Source: Adineta vaga
Lineage: Eukaryota; Animalia; Rotifera
DNA length: 64,000 bases
Reading direction: 5' to 3'
Assembly (NCBI GenBank): GCA_021613535.1
Contig: CP075496.1
Coordinates: 2,852,001 to 2,916,000 of the forward strand
A program made the position numbers and the translations under genes. The notes under the pieces are model-generated. The model was given only the letters and a program-made list of their open reading frames with translations. It ran no database searches and was not told the origin of the DNA. Positions 1 to 16,077 of this stretch are shown here, one piece after another. Each line of letters starts with the position of its first letter. Within the stretch, counting starts at the first letter, position 1.

Positions 1-2
1 TA

Positions 3-479
3 AAAAACTCATTAAAACATCTAGATATTGCATGTAATAATCTTCGTATATTTCCTAGTAAATTTCATACATTAAAACTTCAAGAATTCCATAGTGAACA
101 TAATCCTTTATTAGAACGTGTTCCAATTCATTCGGTTCAAGAAAATGAAATTTTAACATTAAAAGAAATCTGTGCACGTCGTTCAATGTCGGAATTATGC
201 AATGCAAATGAAGATTCTCAAGCCATTCTACGTGCACAATTACAAACGAATTCAAAAGCCAAAGAAATTCTATTACAATGTACTGAATGTCAATTTTGTC
301 ATAATTATTTTTTAAATACTTGGTTAGAATGTGTCGAATTCATTGATGTACAACAAACATTTAAAGGTATTCATTCTCATCAAACAACAATCGCAACAAT
401 TCCACAACGTATACTTCTTTGTTCATATAAATGTTTTAATAATCCTGATCATAATTATTATGGTGTCGCTTTTGTTTAG
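3..479 (+). CDS. LRRC69: 3' end of an LRRC69-like leucine-rich-repeat protein (5' part outside the window)
   Basis: Frame is open from base 3: LRR motif LKHLDIACNNLRIFP, then EILTLKEICARR and a Cys-rich tail CQFC..FLNTWLECVEF..LLCSYKCF resembling the LRRC69 C-terminus. Confidence 0.7.
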   Translation, partial: KNSLKHLDIACNNLRIFPSKFHTLKLQEFHSEHNPLLERVPIHSVQENEILTLKEICARRSMSELCNANEDSQAILRAQLQTNSKAKEILLQCTECQFCHNYFLNTWLECVEFIDVQQTFKGIHSHQTTIATIPQRILLCSYKCFNNPDHNYYGVAFV

Positions 480-670
480 AATGAAAGAAAAGTTTTTCTT
501 TTAAAATGTTAATCGGCATTTGTTGACTTTGATTTTATTTTTATTCTTTTTTTAATGAGAGATCCATTTCATCACACAATGTTCTTTCTTTTTCACACAC
601 ACACACGCACACACACGATACGATGACAATATAAAAAAAACGAAAAAGTATTCTAGAAAAATTTCGATTT

Positions 671-2891
671 TTAATCGACTTCCTAAAATGAAGAAAAAAA
701 AGAGAGAATTAATAAACAAATCATTTTTATTTTCATTATTCATACTTCAATGGTTGGACCAGCACTGCCACCAGCACCTGGTTGTGGGCCACCGGCACCA
801 CCTGGAAAGCCGCCTGGCATACCTCCTGGCATACCTCCTGGCATACCACCTGCGCCACCTGCACCACCATAAAGTTTTGTCATAACGGGTGAACAGAGTT
901 TTTCAACTTCTTTTAATTTATGTTCGAATTCTTCCTTTTCAGCAAGCTAAAAGAAAAGATTCCAATCATGAAAAGCCAACAAACAAAAGAATATCTTACT
1001 TGATTTGCTTCCATCCATTTTAATGCTTCTTCGATAGCCTCAGTAATCTTTTTCTTATCATCAGCATCGATTTTATCGGCTAATTTTTCATCATTAATAG
1101 TTGTTTTCATATTGAAACAATAAGATTCCAATGAATTCTTCGCACTAATGCGATCTCGTTGGGATTCATCTTCTTTCTTATATTTTTCAGCATCTGAAAC
1201 CATACGTTCGATTTCATCTTTTGATAAACGTCCTTTATCATTTGTAATTGTAATTTTATTTTCTTTGCCTGAACTTTTATCCATAGCTGAAACATTTAAG
1301 ATACCATTGGCATCAATATCGAATGTAACTTCAATTTGTGGGACACCACGTGGTGCTGGTGGAATACCAGATAATTCAAATTTGCCTAATAAATGATTGT
1401 CTTTTGTCATTGCACGTTCACCTTCGTAAACTTGAATCAATACACCTGGTTGATTATCCGAATATGTTGTAAATGTTTGAGTTTGTTTTGTTGGAATTGT
1501 TGTATTACGTTTGATCAATGCTGTCATGACACCACCAGCAGTTTCAATACCCTAGAAAAAGAAAAATGAAATTAGTTTAGGAACTTTTTCTTTATTATAT
1601 GCATGAAGAAACTTACCAATGAAAGTGGTGCAACATCGAGTAAAAGTAAATCTTTTACATCTTCAGATTTATCACCTGTTAAAATGGCAGCTTGTACAGC
1701 AGCACCATAGGCAACAGCTTCATCTGGATTGATAGATTTGTTTAATTCTTTACCATTAAATAAATCTTGTAAAAGTTTTTGTACTTTTGGAATACGTGTT
1801 GAACCTCCAACAAGAACAATTTCATGAATTTGTGCTTTATCCATTTTAGCATCACGTAAAGCTTTTTCGACAGGCTCAAGTGTTGAACGAAAGAGATCAG
1901 CACAGAGTTCTTCGAAACGAGCACGAGTGATTGTTGAATAGAAATCAACACCTTCATGTAATGAATCGATTTCAATCGATGCTTGTGATGATGATGATAA
2001 AGTACGTTTAGCACGTTCACAAGCTGTACGTAATCGTCGAAGACCACGTTTGTTATCTTGTAAATCTTTACCATGTTTACGTTTAAATTCTTGGACAAAA
2101 TGTGTAACCATTCGATTATCGAAATCTTCTCCACCTAAATGTGTATCACCGGCTGTTGATTTTACTTCAAAGATACCTTCTTCAATGGTTAAAATTGAAA
2201 CATCAAAAGTACCACCACCCAAATCAAAAATCAAAACATTTCGTTCAGCGGATACTTTCTTATCTAAACCGTAAGCAATAGCAGCAGCTGTTGGTTCATT
2301 AATAATACGTAGAACATTAAGACCAGCAATAACACCTGCATCTTTTGTTGCTTGACGTTGAGAATCATTGAAATAAGCTGGAACAGTAACAACAGCTTCC
2401 GATATTTTTTTACCAAGATAAGCTTCAGCAATTTCTTTCATTTTTGTTAAGACCATTGAAGATATTTCTTCAGGTGTAAATGATTTTGTTTCATTTTTAT
2501 ATTCAACTTGAATCTTAGGTTTTCCACCGTCATTAATAACTTTAAAGGGCCAATGTTTCATATCGGCTTGTACTGTTGCATCTTCAAATTTACGACCAAT
2601 AAGACGTTTAGCATCAAAGACAGTATTATTTGGGTTCATTGCTACTTGATTTTTAGCTGCATCACCAATTAAACGTTCACTATCAGTGAAAGCAACATAT
2701 GATGGTGTTGTACGATTTCCTTGATCATTAGCAATAATTTCAACTTTACCATGTTGGAAAATACCAACACACTATTTAGATAAAGATAAATGAATGAATT
2801 AAAACTATTTTAGGGAATCGTTTTTTTTTAAACATACCGAATAAGTTGTACCTAAATCAATACCAATTGCTTTACGTTGTTGATCGGCCAT
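671..2891 (-). CDS. hsp70: Cytosolic Hsp70 (Hsc70-like), 5 exons
   Basis: [46 protein letters not shown] repeats and GPTIE|EVD*. Introns at about 2772-2837, 1552-1616, 948-1000 and 683-745. Confidence 0.97.
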
Positions 2892-3108
2892 TGTTTATTA
2901 AAGAGTATTGAAATAATTAAGAGCAAAAAGAAAAGAAGTAAATGTGCTAGTTGGAAATCTGAAATTTAAATTCGAAAAAAATATATTCTTAACACTGAAT
3001 ATGTTTTGTCGGGTATGCTTGCAATACGCGCACTGGTAGACTACTATATGTGAGCAGACGCAAGGAAGAAGAGAAGAAAAAAGAAGAAATAAAATGGTAT
3101 ACGATGAG

Positions 3109-3133
3109 ATTCCAGAGTGTTCGAGAAACATCT
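3109..3133. promoter_or_regulatory. Heat-shock element upstream of hsp70
   Basis: Alternating pentamers TTCcaGAGtgTTCgaGAAacATC about 220 bp upstream of the hsp70 ATG. Confidence 0.7.
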
Positions 3134-3958
3134 CGTAGCGTTAAACGAAGGGAGAAAAAGAGAGAATGGAGAAAAGGAAGAGAAAGAAAACGAACGATAA
3201 CAACATCGAGAATAAAAGAAACAAAAAGCAATGAAGAGAAAGAATAGAAATGATTGGGCAGTGTGGGGATGATGACTATGATGTACTTTGCCCTCTAGAA
3301 TGATGAGAGTAAAAGAATGGATTACGTCATTTTATATAGTTAATCGATTGCATTGTATGCACTTATTTTAATAGAAGTAGAAATATGTTTCGTTGCTTAG
3401 AAACGATTCATCAGCAGAATTAATGGTGAAAAAAGGTATATCTCTCTCTCTAGAATTGTTCGTTTCAGTTCAAAAAGAATTCTCATAGTGAACAAATGTT
3501 ATAGGATACGATCAAATTCTACAAACTAATCTTTTACATATGATCTAAATGTTAAAATTTTATTTTGAAATAACGAATAAAACGATTGATCATCATTGCT
3601 TTCACACAATCACGTAAAACATATGTAGATGAGCACAATACAGAGAGAAAAGAAAAATGACATAGTTGAGTGAGAGAAGAAAGAAAAGAAAACATAACCG
3701 ATGAATGTACCCCTCTAATGACAGTAATACTTTAATGAATCTCTTTAATTTCAAATGAACATGGAATGTGAATTTGTTCTTGTGTTATTTTTTTTTCTTC
3801 ATTGCTATAAAAAAAAGAGACAAGAACAAATGAACGAAGTTATTTCTACGAACAAATGGTGAGAATAAATGACAATGAGAAACATGCATATATGAATAAT
3901 AATAAATATGTGTAGAGATTGAAATGAACAGATGCGAAAGAGAGAGAGAGACAAAGAT

Positions 3959-7757
<3,799 letters not shown>

Positions 7758-9063
7758 CGTTTGGTTCTTTTATTTATTTAGTAAAGATAGATTTAATTGA
7801 GATTATTTTACATATCTTAATAGAAATGAAAGATGAGAAAGAAAACAAATATTATCTCATTTATTTTTATCATTGTAAAATTCATTCGATTTGAACGAGA
7901 TATATATAATCCAATAGAATTCATAGCCATTTTTGTTGTTGATATTTATTCAAATAACCTCAAAATGAAAAAGATGGCGCTGTTTCCATTGAATGAATTG
8001 AATTGAGAAATTCAAATGAATATATTCATTCAATGAAGAACATATATTGAATGAATAGAGTTGCGATTCTTTTAGTTTAAAGGTAAGTTATCGTTGAATA
8101 CGCATTTAATTATACGATTGAAAAAACAAGGACTTTGATCAATAAGTTAAGAAAATTTACTTTATTTAGTCATTAGAAATCTTTTTAATGAACAAATATT
8201 GATTTTATTACTTTTCTCTTTTGTCTGAAGAGAGTTTCATTAAATTCATTAACTATGCAACTCTAAAGACTTTTGTTTGTTTTTGTGCAATCAAAGAAAT
8301 ATTCCAAGATTTTTTAAAAGTAATAATGAACGAAACAGTCGTCATCTATTAATAATCATATTCTCTTGACGATACTTACTGTTAACATCTGCTTATCAAT
8401 GTAATTTGTCACATATGATTAATAGCATTGAAAAGATGCACAAGACTTGGCTAGTAAAGAACATATACATAAATGTCTTCGAGGCATTTACTTAATTTTT
8501 TACTCGGTCAACCTAATCTTTCTATAGATTCATTCAAATAAAAGAATAATTTCTTTTTTCTTTTCAAGAATTTCGGAATTCACATTTTCATTTTTTTTCT
8601 AATCATACATATGCGTCCTTCGTCAAGAATTTTCTCTGCTTGTCAAACATCTGATAATTACAAATTCCATTATAATTATCCATTTGATAGAACCAACAAA
8701 AAATCTCTCTCTATATACATATATATATATAAAATTTGTCTCAAATCTTTTCTACCAATCATTTAGTTTGAAAGCACGTGTTCAAGTATAATTATCATGT
8801 ATATACTCGACACTAAAATTAGAGAAGGAAATCATCAACAATTTACTTCATCTTTAACATTACTTGAATATAGAATACATCTTAATTAGAATACTTGATC
8901 TTCAAGTGCGTACAATAGAACTTCATCATCATAAGTACATTGTTGAATACCACAAGTCGAAAAGGATGACTTGTTGACTTCTAATTTTAGATTTGAATTG
9001 AAATGAAAGAAGTAATCAACATCTAGTAAATTTGTTAAAATAATTCTCTGTTTTTCTCTCTAG

Positions 9064-9942
9064 TTATCAATCGATGAGCAGGAAGAAGAGAAAGCAATGG
9101 AACAAACTTCCTTATTATCAACAGTAAATCAAGATGAATTAAGAAAATTATGCTTTTTACTCAATGAAGAACATCAAAAATTGTCGGCATTAGTTGAACA
9201 ATGGAAAGTATTTAGTATGAATGTAGTAGATAAACTTACTTCTCAAATAATAACTTATCAAGAAAAATTAACTGAAGTAGAACAACGACAAATATCTTTT
9301 TTGAAAGAAAATGATTCTCTTCGATTAATTATTAAACAAATTCGAGAAAATCAGAAACAAAATGTAATTATTTTGCAAATCAATTTCGTCAATAAATAAG
9401 AATTATTGTTTGATTCTTCTAGGAACAATCACAACGAGATTTCGAAAAATGTCAATCATCATTTCATTCTTTTTTACAACGATCTAAACCAATTTATGAT
9501 CATTTATTACGAACAAAAGTAATCATTGAACCAGAAATTTCATTAAAACAATCGTTTGATGATCTACTTCAACAACAAATATCCATTGAAAATATATTTG
9601 ATGCTATCAAAGTAGAAACTAAACTAATCTTTTCTTTCTTTTTCTTTCAAACTGTTTTTCTGCTTCCAGACAATAGAAATTTATGAATCAATTCAATCTA
9701 TGACTCATCAATCGGAAAAAACATTGCTCAAACACTTTTGTAATGTAAGTCATAACATTTTATTCTCGATCAAGGACACTTTCTCTCTCTCTAATGTTTG
9801 ATTTCCTCTAGAAAAAAAAGAAACTGTTTCTTTTCTTTGACATAAGAGAAATAAAAGTTCATAAAAATTGTCTTTTTTTCTTTACCTGTTTTAGTTTGTT
9901 TGGAAATATTTGGAAAATGGATCGAAATCGAAAAGTAGTTAA
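9064..9942 (+). CDS. CCDC85: CCDC85/DIPA-family coiled-coil protein (5' exon uncertain)
   Basis: QDELRKLCFLLNEEHQK..EQWKVF..YQEKLTEVEQRQ..ENDSLR matches the CCDC85 core; C-terminal EKTLLKHFCN|FVWKYL resembles the EKA..REMCNVVWRKL motif. Confidence 0.7.
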
Positions 9943-9989
9943 ACAAGAATGTACTTTTTTTAAATAAAAGAAAAAGAGAAAATGTTTCA

Positions 9990-10523
9990 CTAGTTGAATC
10001 TATACAATGAACTGAGTGGAAATAAGAAAGATAAAAATATTGGATGAAGAGAAGAGGCGGAGGAAGGTGTCGTCAGTTTTTGATTATTATTGGATGATTT
10101 ACTTTCGATTACTTCAATTCGACGATTAGTAATCTCAGCTAAAGTGGTTACTTTTGTTGTTGTCTTCGTTTTTGTGATTAACGAATGGAATAAAGTCGTA
10201 CGAATTGTTGTTGATAATGATAATGGTGGAATCGATGGAAGAGATTGATGATTATCTTCTTCAATTTCAAAATCTTCATCTTCACTATAATCTCCATCAT
10301 CGAAATCATTAATTTCACTGGCTTTTCTCATGTTATTTCGTAAATCATATATAACTTGTTCAGTTAAAGGTAAATTATCATGAGGACGAAGAATTATTGA
10401 TGGAAATATCTAATTTAATCAAAATCAATCAACCATACTTTTTTTTTCTTTTTGCTTGAAAGAAATCTTTCTTCGACTTACATTTATTGACGACAATGAT
10501 GATATATTAACAGTTGTATTCAT
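9990..10523 (-). CDS. Orphan protein with acidic patch, Thr/Ser-rich stalk and hydrophobic C-terminal tail (possibly GPI-anchored); start uncertain
   Basis: ORF 9990-10331 extends upstream (IFPSIILRPHDNLPLTEQVIYDLRNN) and across an in-frame GT-AG intron at about 10410-10481. Confidence 0.5.
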
Positions 10524-12100
10524 TTGACATTGTATCAAACTAAAATCGCATTTCTCATTTTATAGAATAAACAAGAAAAAAGAAATTTTTACCGTGTTGT
10601 TCGAAGAATAAGAAAGATAAGTTTCCATAGATGACAACAATTCGGAAGAGAAGAATGAAGCGATGGCAAGACTTGCATGACGAGTTGTTTATCAAGAAAA
10701 CCAAATTTGATCAGTAGAATTCAAGATGTTTCTCATTATGTATCGAAAGGAACTAGAAAGAAAAGATTCTAATTTGGAAACAAAGAATGCGAGATTAAAG
10801 AAGAAGATTATCTATTCTTACAAATTTGATGATCAATTATCGAAAGAAAAGAATGTCAATTCGTTCGGGTAACAACTTGTTGAATAAAACAAGAGGAACA
10901 CATCGCACTATGTCGTCTCAATTAATGAAAGCAAGGGAGCGACAAGACTTGTAGACAAACTATGTCTCCGTTAGATTTTTTCCTGTCTTCTACTGACTTT
11001 TTTCTCATATGTCTTTTCTTTCTTTTTTCTTCTTCATCATCTTCGTCTTCTTTCTCCTTCTTTTTCTTCTTCTACAACTCAATAATCTATTTCTGATTAT
11101 ATATGGATATGTGTCGAACTCATTATTTAATGATTTCTTGATAGGAAAACAAATTAGCACCTATAGAGTTTCGCTTTTATATTCTTTCCTGATCACATAT
11201 CAATCTTATATCAAAGAGCTATTCTTGAACAAAAAATCGACCGTCACAAGGGATCGCTTAGACATTTATGTTAGCCTCTCGAAGCCGTCAATTGCTACTC
11301 TACTTTGTCACAAAGTACCATCTTCCTTTTCTCTCTGTCACCCATCTTGGGCATTTTTCATTTCCGCTATAATAATGCGAAACGACGCATAAGGGGCTCA
11401 ACGAATGTATGTGGTTGCACGGTGTGAAAGCTTTATTGTAATAAACTCTTTGTATTGAGCTGCGGAAAAATCGTTCTGAACAATTCTTTCTTTTTCTTTT
11501 TTGCTTCCATATTTTTCTTTCTTATTCACATTTATATATATATATATATCTAAAAAGCTCGAGGACGTTTTTCGATGTTTTCTTCTCTCGCTCTTGTTTT
11601 ACTCTGCAGATCTTCTATTATGACGATTACTTATCAGAATTTCTTCGATAGGAAAAGAATTGGAAGATGAACGCATAAGAAATAAATGAAGAAATAGGAT
11701 GCGATTGGAAAACAATTAGATCTCAACGGATATATTCAATGAATGAACGTGACATTAACCTGAAAAAATTCATCTGACAATGACGTTTATATGTAGACAT
11801 TAAGAAGAGAAGAAAGACAGAAACCGGAATTTGAATCCTTATGATAGATGATTTGATAGGAATGCGAGAGCGAGAGAGAGAGAGAAAAATACAAGATCAA
11901 CTTGATTGGATGTGTATATACTCAAGAAGTACTACTTGAATGAATTTAATAAGATTATGAATAAGACAGTTAATGCATTTCTTTTTATGAATCTTGTCTC
12001 ACTGATTTTATATATAAGTTAGATTTATTTCAATGACAAGAGTACAATCGATGTTGGAAGTTTAAAAATAACAACGACGAAGAAAAAACGAAACATCTTT

Positions 12101-13958
12101 TTAACCACTTGATGTTCCTAAAACATCTTTCTTAACTTCAACTAAGAAAGCTTTCATTCCAGCATATGTTTCTTGACAAACACCAAGAGCAAGAGAAACA
12201 GGTAAAACAAAACCAGTTGAGGATTCACCTAAGATCAATATTCAAATTTGTTATATTTAAAATGAAAATAAAATAATCTATACGTTGTGTTGGTGGAAGT
12301 TCAATTGTATATGAATGACGAATTTTCATAGCATCATAAGCCCAATCGGTAGTACTACCACTGGCAATATCTGTAAAGAGGAGAACAAATTTTAATTTAG
12401 TTAATTTCTATCACATTTAATGCCTTACATAATAATCGTGCAACACTACCGACAGCATATTTTCTATTATTCACTGATTGAATAGTATTAGCACCGATAT
12501 TAGCAGCTTTAGATTGTTGATTATAATCTATTGGTAGGTCTGCAGTATAACCGTACTTAATTATAATTTTTGTTGAAAAATATTTCGAAAACAAAAATGA
12601 AAATTTGAACTTACTGGTGTACTAAAAAGAAACGAAAAGAATTCATGAAATATCAATTCAATTGAAAAGAATCAATTTCTACTTACAACCACCATTGACC
12701 ATATGAATGAAAAGACATATACATATCCCAAGTACCCATTTTCGATTGAAAAAAATTCACAACGTTGATTGTTTCAATTTCACTACCAGCTGATTTACCT
12801 ATATGAAAAAAGAAACCATACAAGAAACATGATGTTTATAATAAATATGATTTCTCTTGATAATTCTTACCTGCATACGTGTCACTACATGGACTACTAC
12901 TTGAACCACCTATTTAAGAAATTGATTAGAAAAATATTTTTCATTTTTTTCTTTACCAGTCATCCATTTCAAGGGGTAATTACGATTGAGATCAACGCCG
13001 TAACATGTAGATGTCGAATTTTTACTACGATTTTTACGCCATAAACGATTCTGAAAAAAAGAAAAGAAATCTAGTTAGAAATAGAAATCAATATATTAAG
13101 ACTTGCGCCAGCTGTCTGACTGTATTCATAACCTTAAATAAGAAATGAAAAGAAAAAGACGAATTAGATATAATCTTTAGTTTTCAATTACCATCAGGAT
13201 TAAGTGATGGAGCAATAAAAACATTCCAATAATTGAATAAATCACGGATGGTTGGATCATTGTTCTGATATTCAGTAATATATTGATCAATTAACCAAAT
13301 ACATGTTGCTGGTGTAATCCATTCTAGAAAATAATTCATATGAAAATGAATAAGAATTCTATTTTATTGAATTTGATTTACCTCGAGCATGAATACCACA
13401 ATCAATCCAAATATTTCGATTCGCTGATGGATTGAATTTAATTGCAATTGCTTTCATAATACGATTTTCATAAGTTCTTCCAAGATCAACAACTTGAATA
13501 TGTGTAGGATCAGCATTTGCTTTTTCTTCAAGAAATGTAACCATATCACTATATTTTGCATATGTACCAACAATATTTGCTTTTGTTTGTCCTAACCAAC
13601 GACTTTGAACTTGTCTCATTAAACGATCTTCTAAAAGTTCTTTTTGTTCATTATCAATAACTTCTTGTAAATTATCGACAAGAACGTTGAATGGTATTGA
13701 ATATTGTTTAAATTGTGAAACATATTGATCATATTCATTTGCAGAAATATGAACATCAATTGGTTTATTTGGTGAAATAATTTCTGTCCAGAAATCTAAA
13801 GAACCATTTTCTTCAAGTGATTGAAGATAATTGATATGTTCTTCAGTCAATGGTTCTAAACGAACTAATTTATCCTGAACATATGCACTTTCTACACTTG
13901 TACTCCATATCACTAAAGATATGAGGATAAAAATCAACGATATTACTCGATTCATCAT
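12101..13958 (-). CDS. Secreted M14A zinc carboxypeptidase with propeptide
   Basis: Signal peptide, LDFW propeptide, DCGIHARE W, NPDGYEYS, RLWRKNR, GVDLNRN, FHSYGQ and YTIEL. The S1' region GSTTDW lacks the carboxypeptidase B Asp. Confidence 0.93.
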
Positions 13959-14303
13959 GATGATGATGTGTAATGAAAAATAGAAAAGAACAAAAAATAG
14001 TAACGAAAATATTTTAGTTGATATATATATGTCAATCGCTTGTGTTTTTTCTTCGTCTCTGATTCTCATTAATCCTTATTCTAAATCAAATATTGTTCGC
14101 ATGTGAAAAAGTGCAGAGTGGGTTAAGCGAATTTTCACCAGATGTTCGTTCATGACCGTAGGTCTCTTGAATTTATTTTTTTCTCGATAGAAGCTGAATT
14201 TGTTTGAGAATAACAAAAAAATAAAAATAGATCAAATCTTCTGTTAGGTTTCTTTAAATATTACAATAGAGAGATATACATAAGAGAAAGAAAAGTTTAT
14301 TTA

Positions 14304-15919
14304 TCATGTTGCTTCAGCTAATATATTCGATGGGATTGTTGTTGATGTGGATTGATAAATCGATACATCATCATGATTTGGTAATAATTGAGATCGTTCA
14401 TTTGATATCGGTGGACGAGTAAGAAATCGTCGAATTAAATGTTCCCAAACACCATTATAAATACCCATACCAATGACCAAAAAGGCAAAACCTAGAGGAA
14501 TAAAACAATTAAAAAGTTTGTTTTTCAAATGAAATCTTTTACCTAAGATCTGTAATGGATAGAAGGCTTGCCATTGTAATGCTAATGATACTACCCAAAT
14601 AATTAATGTTCGACCACTATCAAGTACCATACGTGTTGTTGATGATAATTCTTTTGTTACAGAAATACCAGCAAAATTAAAAAATGCAATTGAGAAAACA
14701 TTTCCTGAAAAATTGAAATGAGTTGAATTGAAAAAATTTTAATATTAACTAAATTCTTACCCATTGTTGCAAGAATAATAATCCAATTTCCTCGCATTTG
14801 ACAGAGTGCGGATGGAACATCTTCAAGGCGATGATCTGGACCCGAGTTTGATGTTGGTACAATAATAAAATAAAACTAATCAATAGAAAAGGTAAATATT
14901 CAAGATTCTATCATTAAAATTAATTTACTGGTATAAGTAATAAACCAAGTGTCGAAAAGCCAAATATTCCTTCCCAACCAACTGCTTGTAAAGGTGGAAT
15001 ATTATATTTTCCAATAAAACGTTCTTCATAGACAACCTAAAGAAATAGAATTTATGACAATGAACTAATTCAAAGTCTATTCATACTTGACAACTTGTAA
15101 ATAACATTGCAATTAATATCAATACATCACCTATAATTTTTTCTGTATTTGTATGACTACCTTCTGGATGATTAGAAAAAAGTATATCCGATACACCAAT
15201 AACGGCAAGACCAGCAACAACAGCGAAAATGCCAAGCCAATGTTTCCATGTTAATTTCTTTCGAAGAAATACAACACTAAAATTGATACAAAAGAATATC
15301 ATACTTCTGTATTTTCTTCCTTGTCTTTTCTTTCTACCTACCTAAGTAAAGCAGTAAATACCATGACGATCCTCGTAACATTTGAAATGAACTTGCACTT
15401 GTATAATTCAAAGCAATATATGATAAACATGTCGATGTCATATCACAAATTGATGCAACCCAAAAAATTAATGGATTAAATGTTTGTTCACCATCGACTA
15501 ATCGAATGTCTTTTTGAATCTTTATTGGCCAATAACGAACAATTCGAGATGATGCATCACCTTTATAAGTCATTCGTTCAATACGATATTGAGCAGTAGA
15601 ATACCAGATGAATTTAAATGCTAATAAACATAGAAATTCACCCAAGAACATTCCAACACCCTAAAATAACAAACAAAATCTTATCGATAAAACAAAACTA
15701 GAAAGATTTGATTTTACTTGAAGAAATGGATGTTCAAATGTAACATTTTCACCTGATCCATCACAAAAATGAGATGTTTGTCTAGAAAAATCCATTCTAT
15801 ATCATTCAAATGAACAATTCTTTTCCTTACCGATCAGCCCATTTTGTTGATAAAGTATTTATACTTCCAGTAATTAACATAAGAGCAGCTAAAAATAATT
15901 GATACGGCGTAAAAGCCAT
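14304..15919 (-). CDS. SLC35F6: SLC35F6 solute carrier
   Basis: MAFTPYQLFLAALMLITGSINTLSTKWAD, FEHPFLQ, MFLGEFLCL, ASSFQMLRG, PPLQAVGWEGIFG and TTRMVLDSGRT. Confidence 0.92.
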
Positions 15920-16077
15920 GTTTAATCTATAAATAAACAGAAAATATTTCACAAGAATGACTATAGACTACTTAGTATAGATTCTCTTTCGTTTTTTTTT
16001 ATTACATAAACATAGAAGATAAAGAACAAGAAAAGAAATCATGGCCTGAAATAAATCACAAGTATCATCTTTTGATA

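Noticed and set aside
11009-11392. 127-aa hydrophobic ORF
   Set aside because: Arises from low-complexity CTT/T-rich sequence; no domain or splice support.
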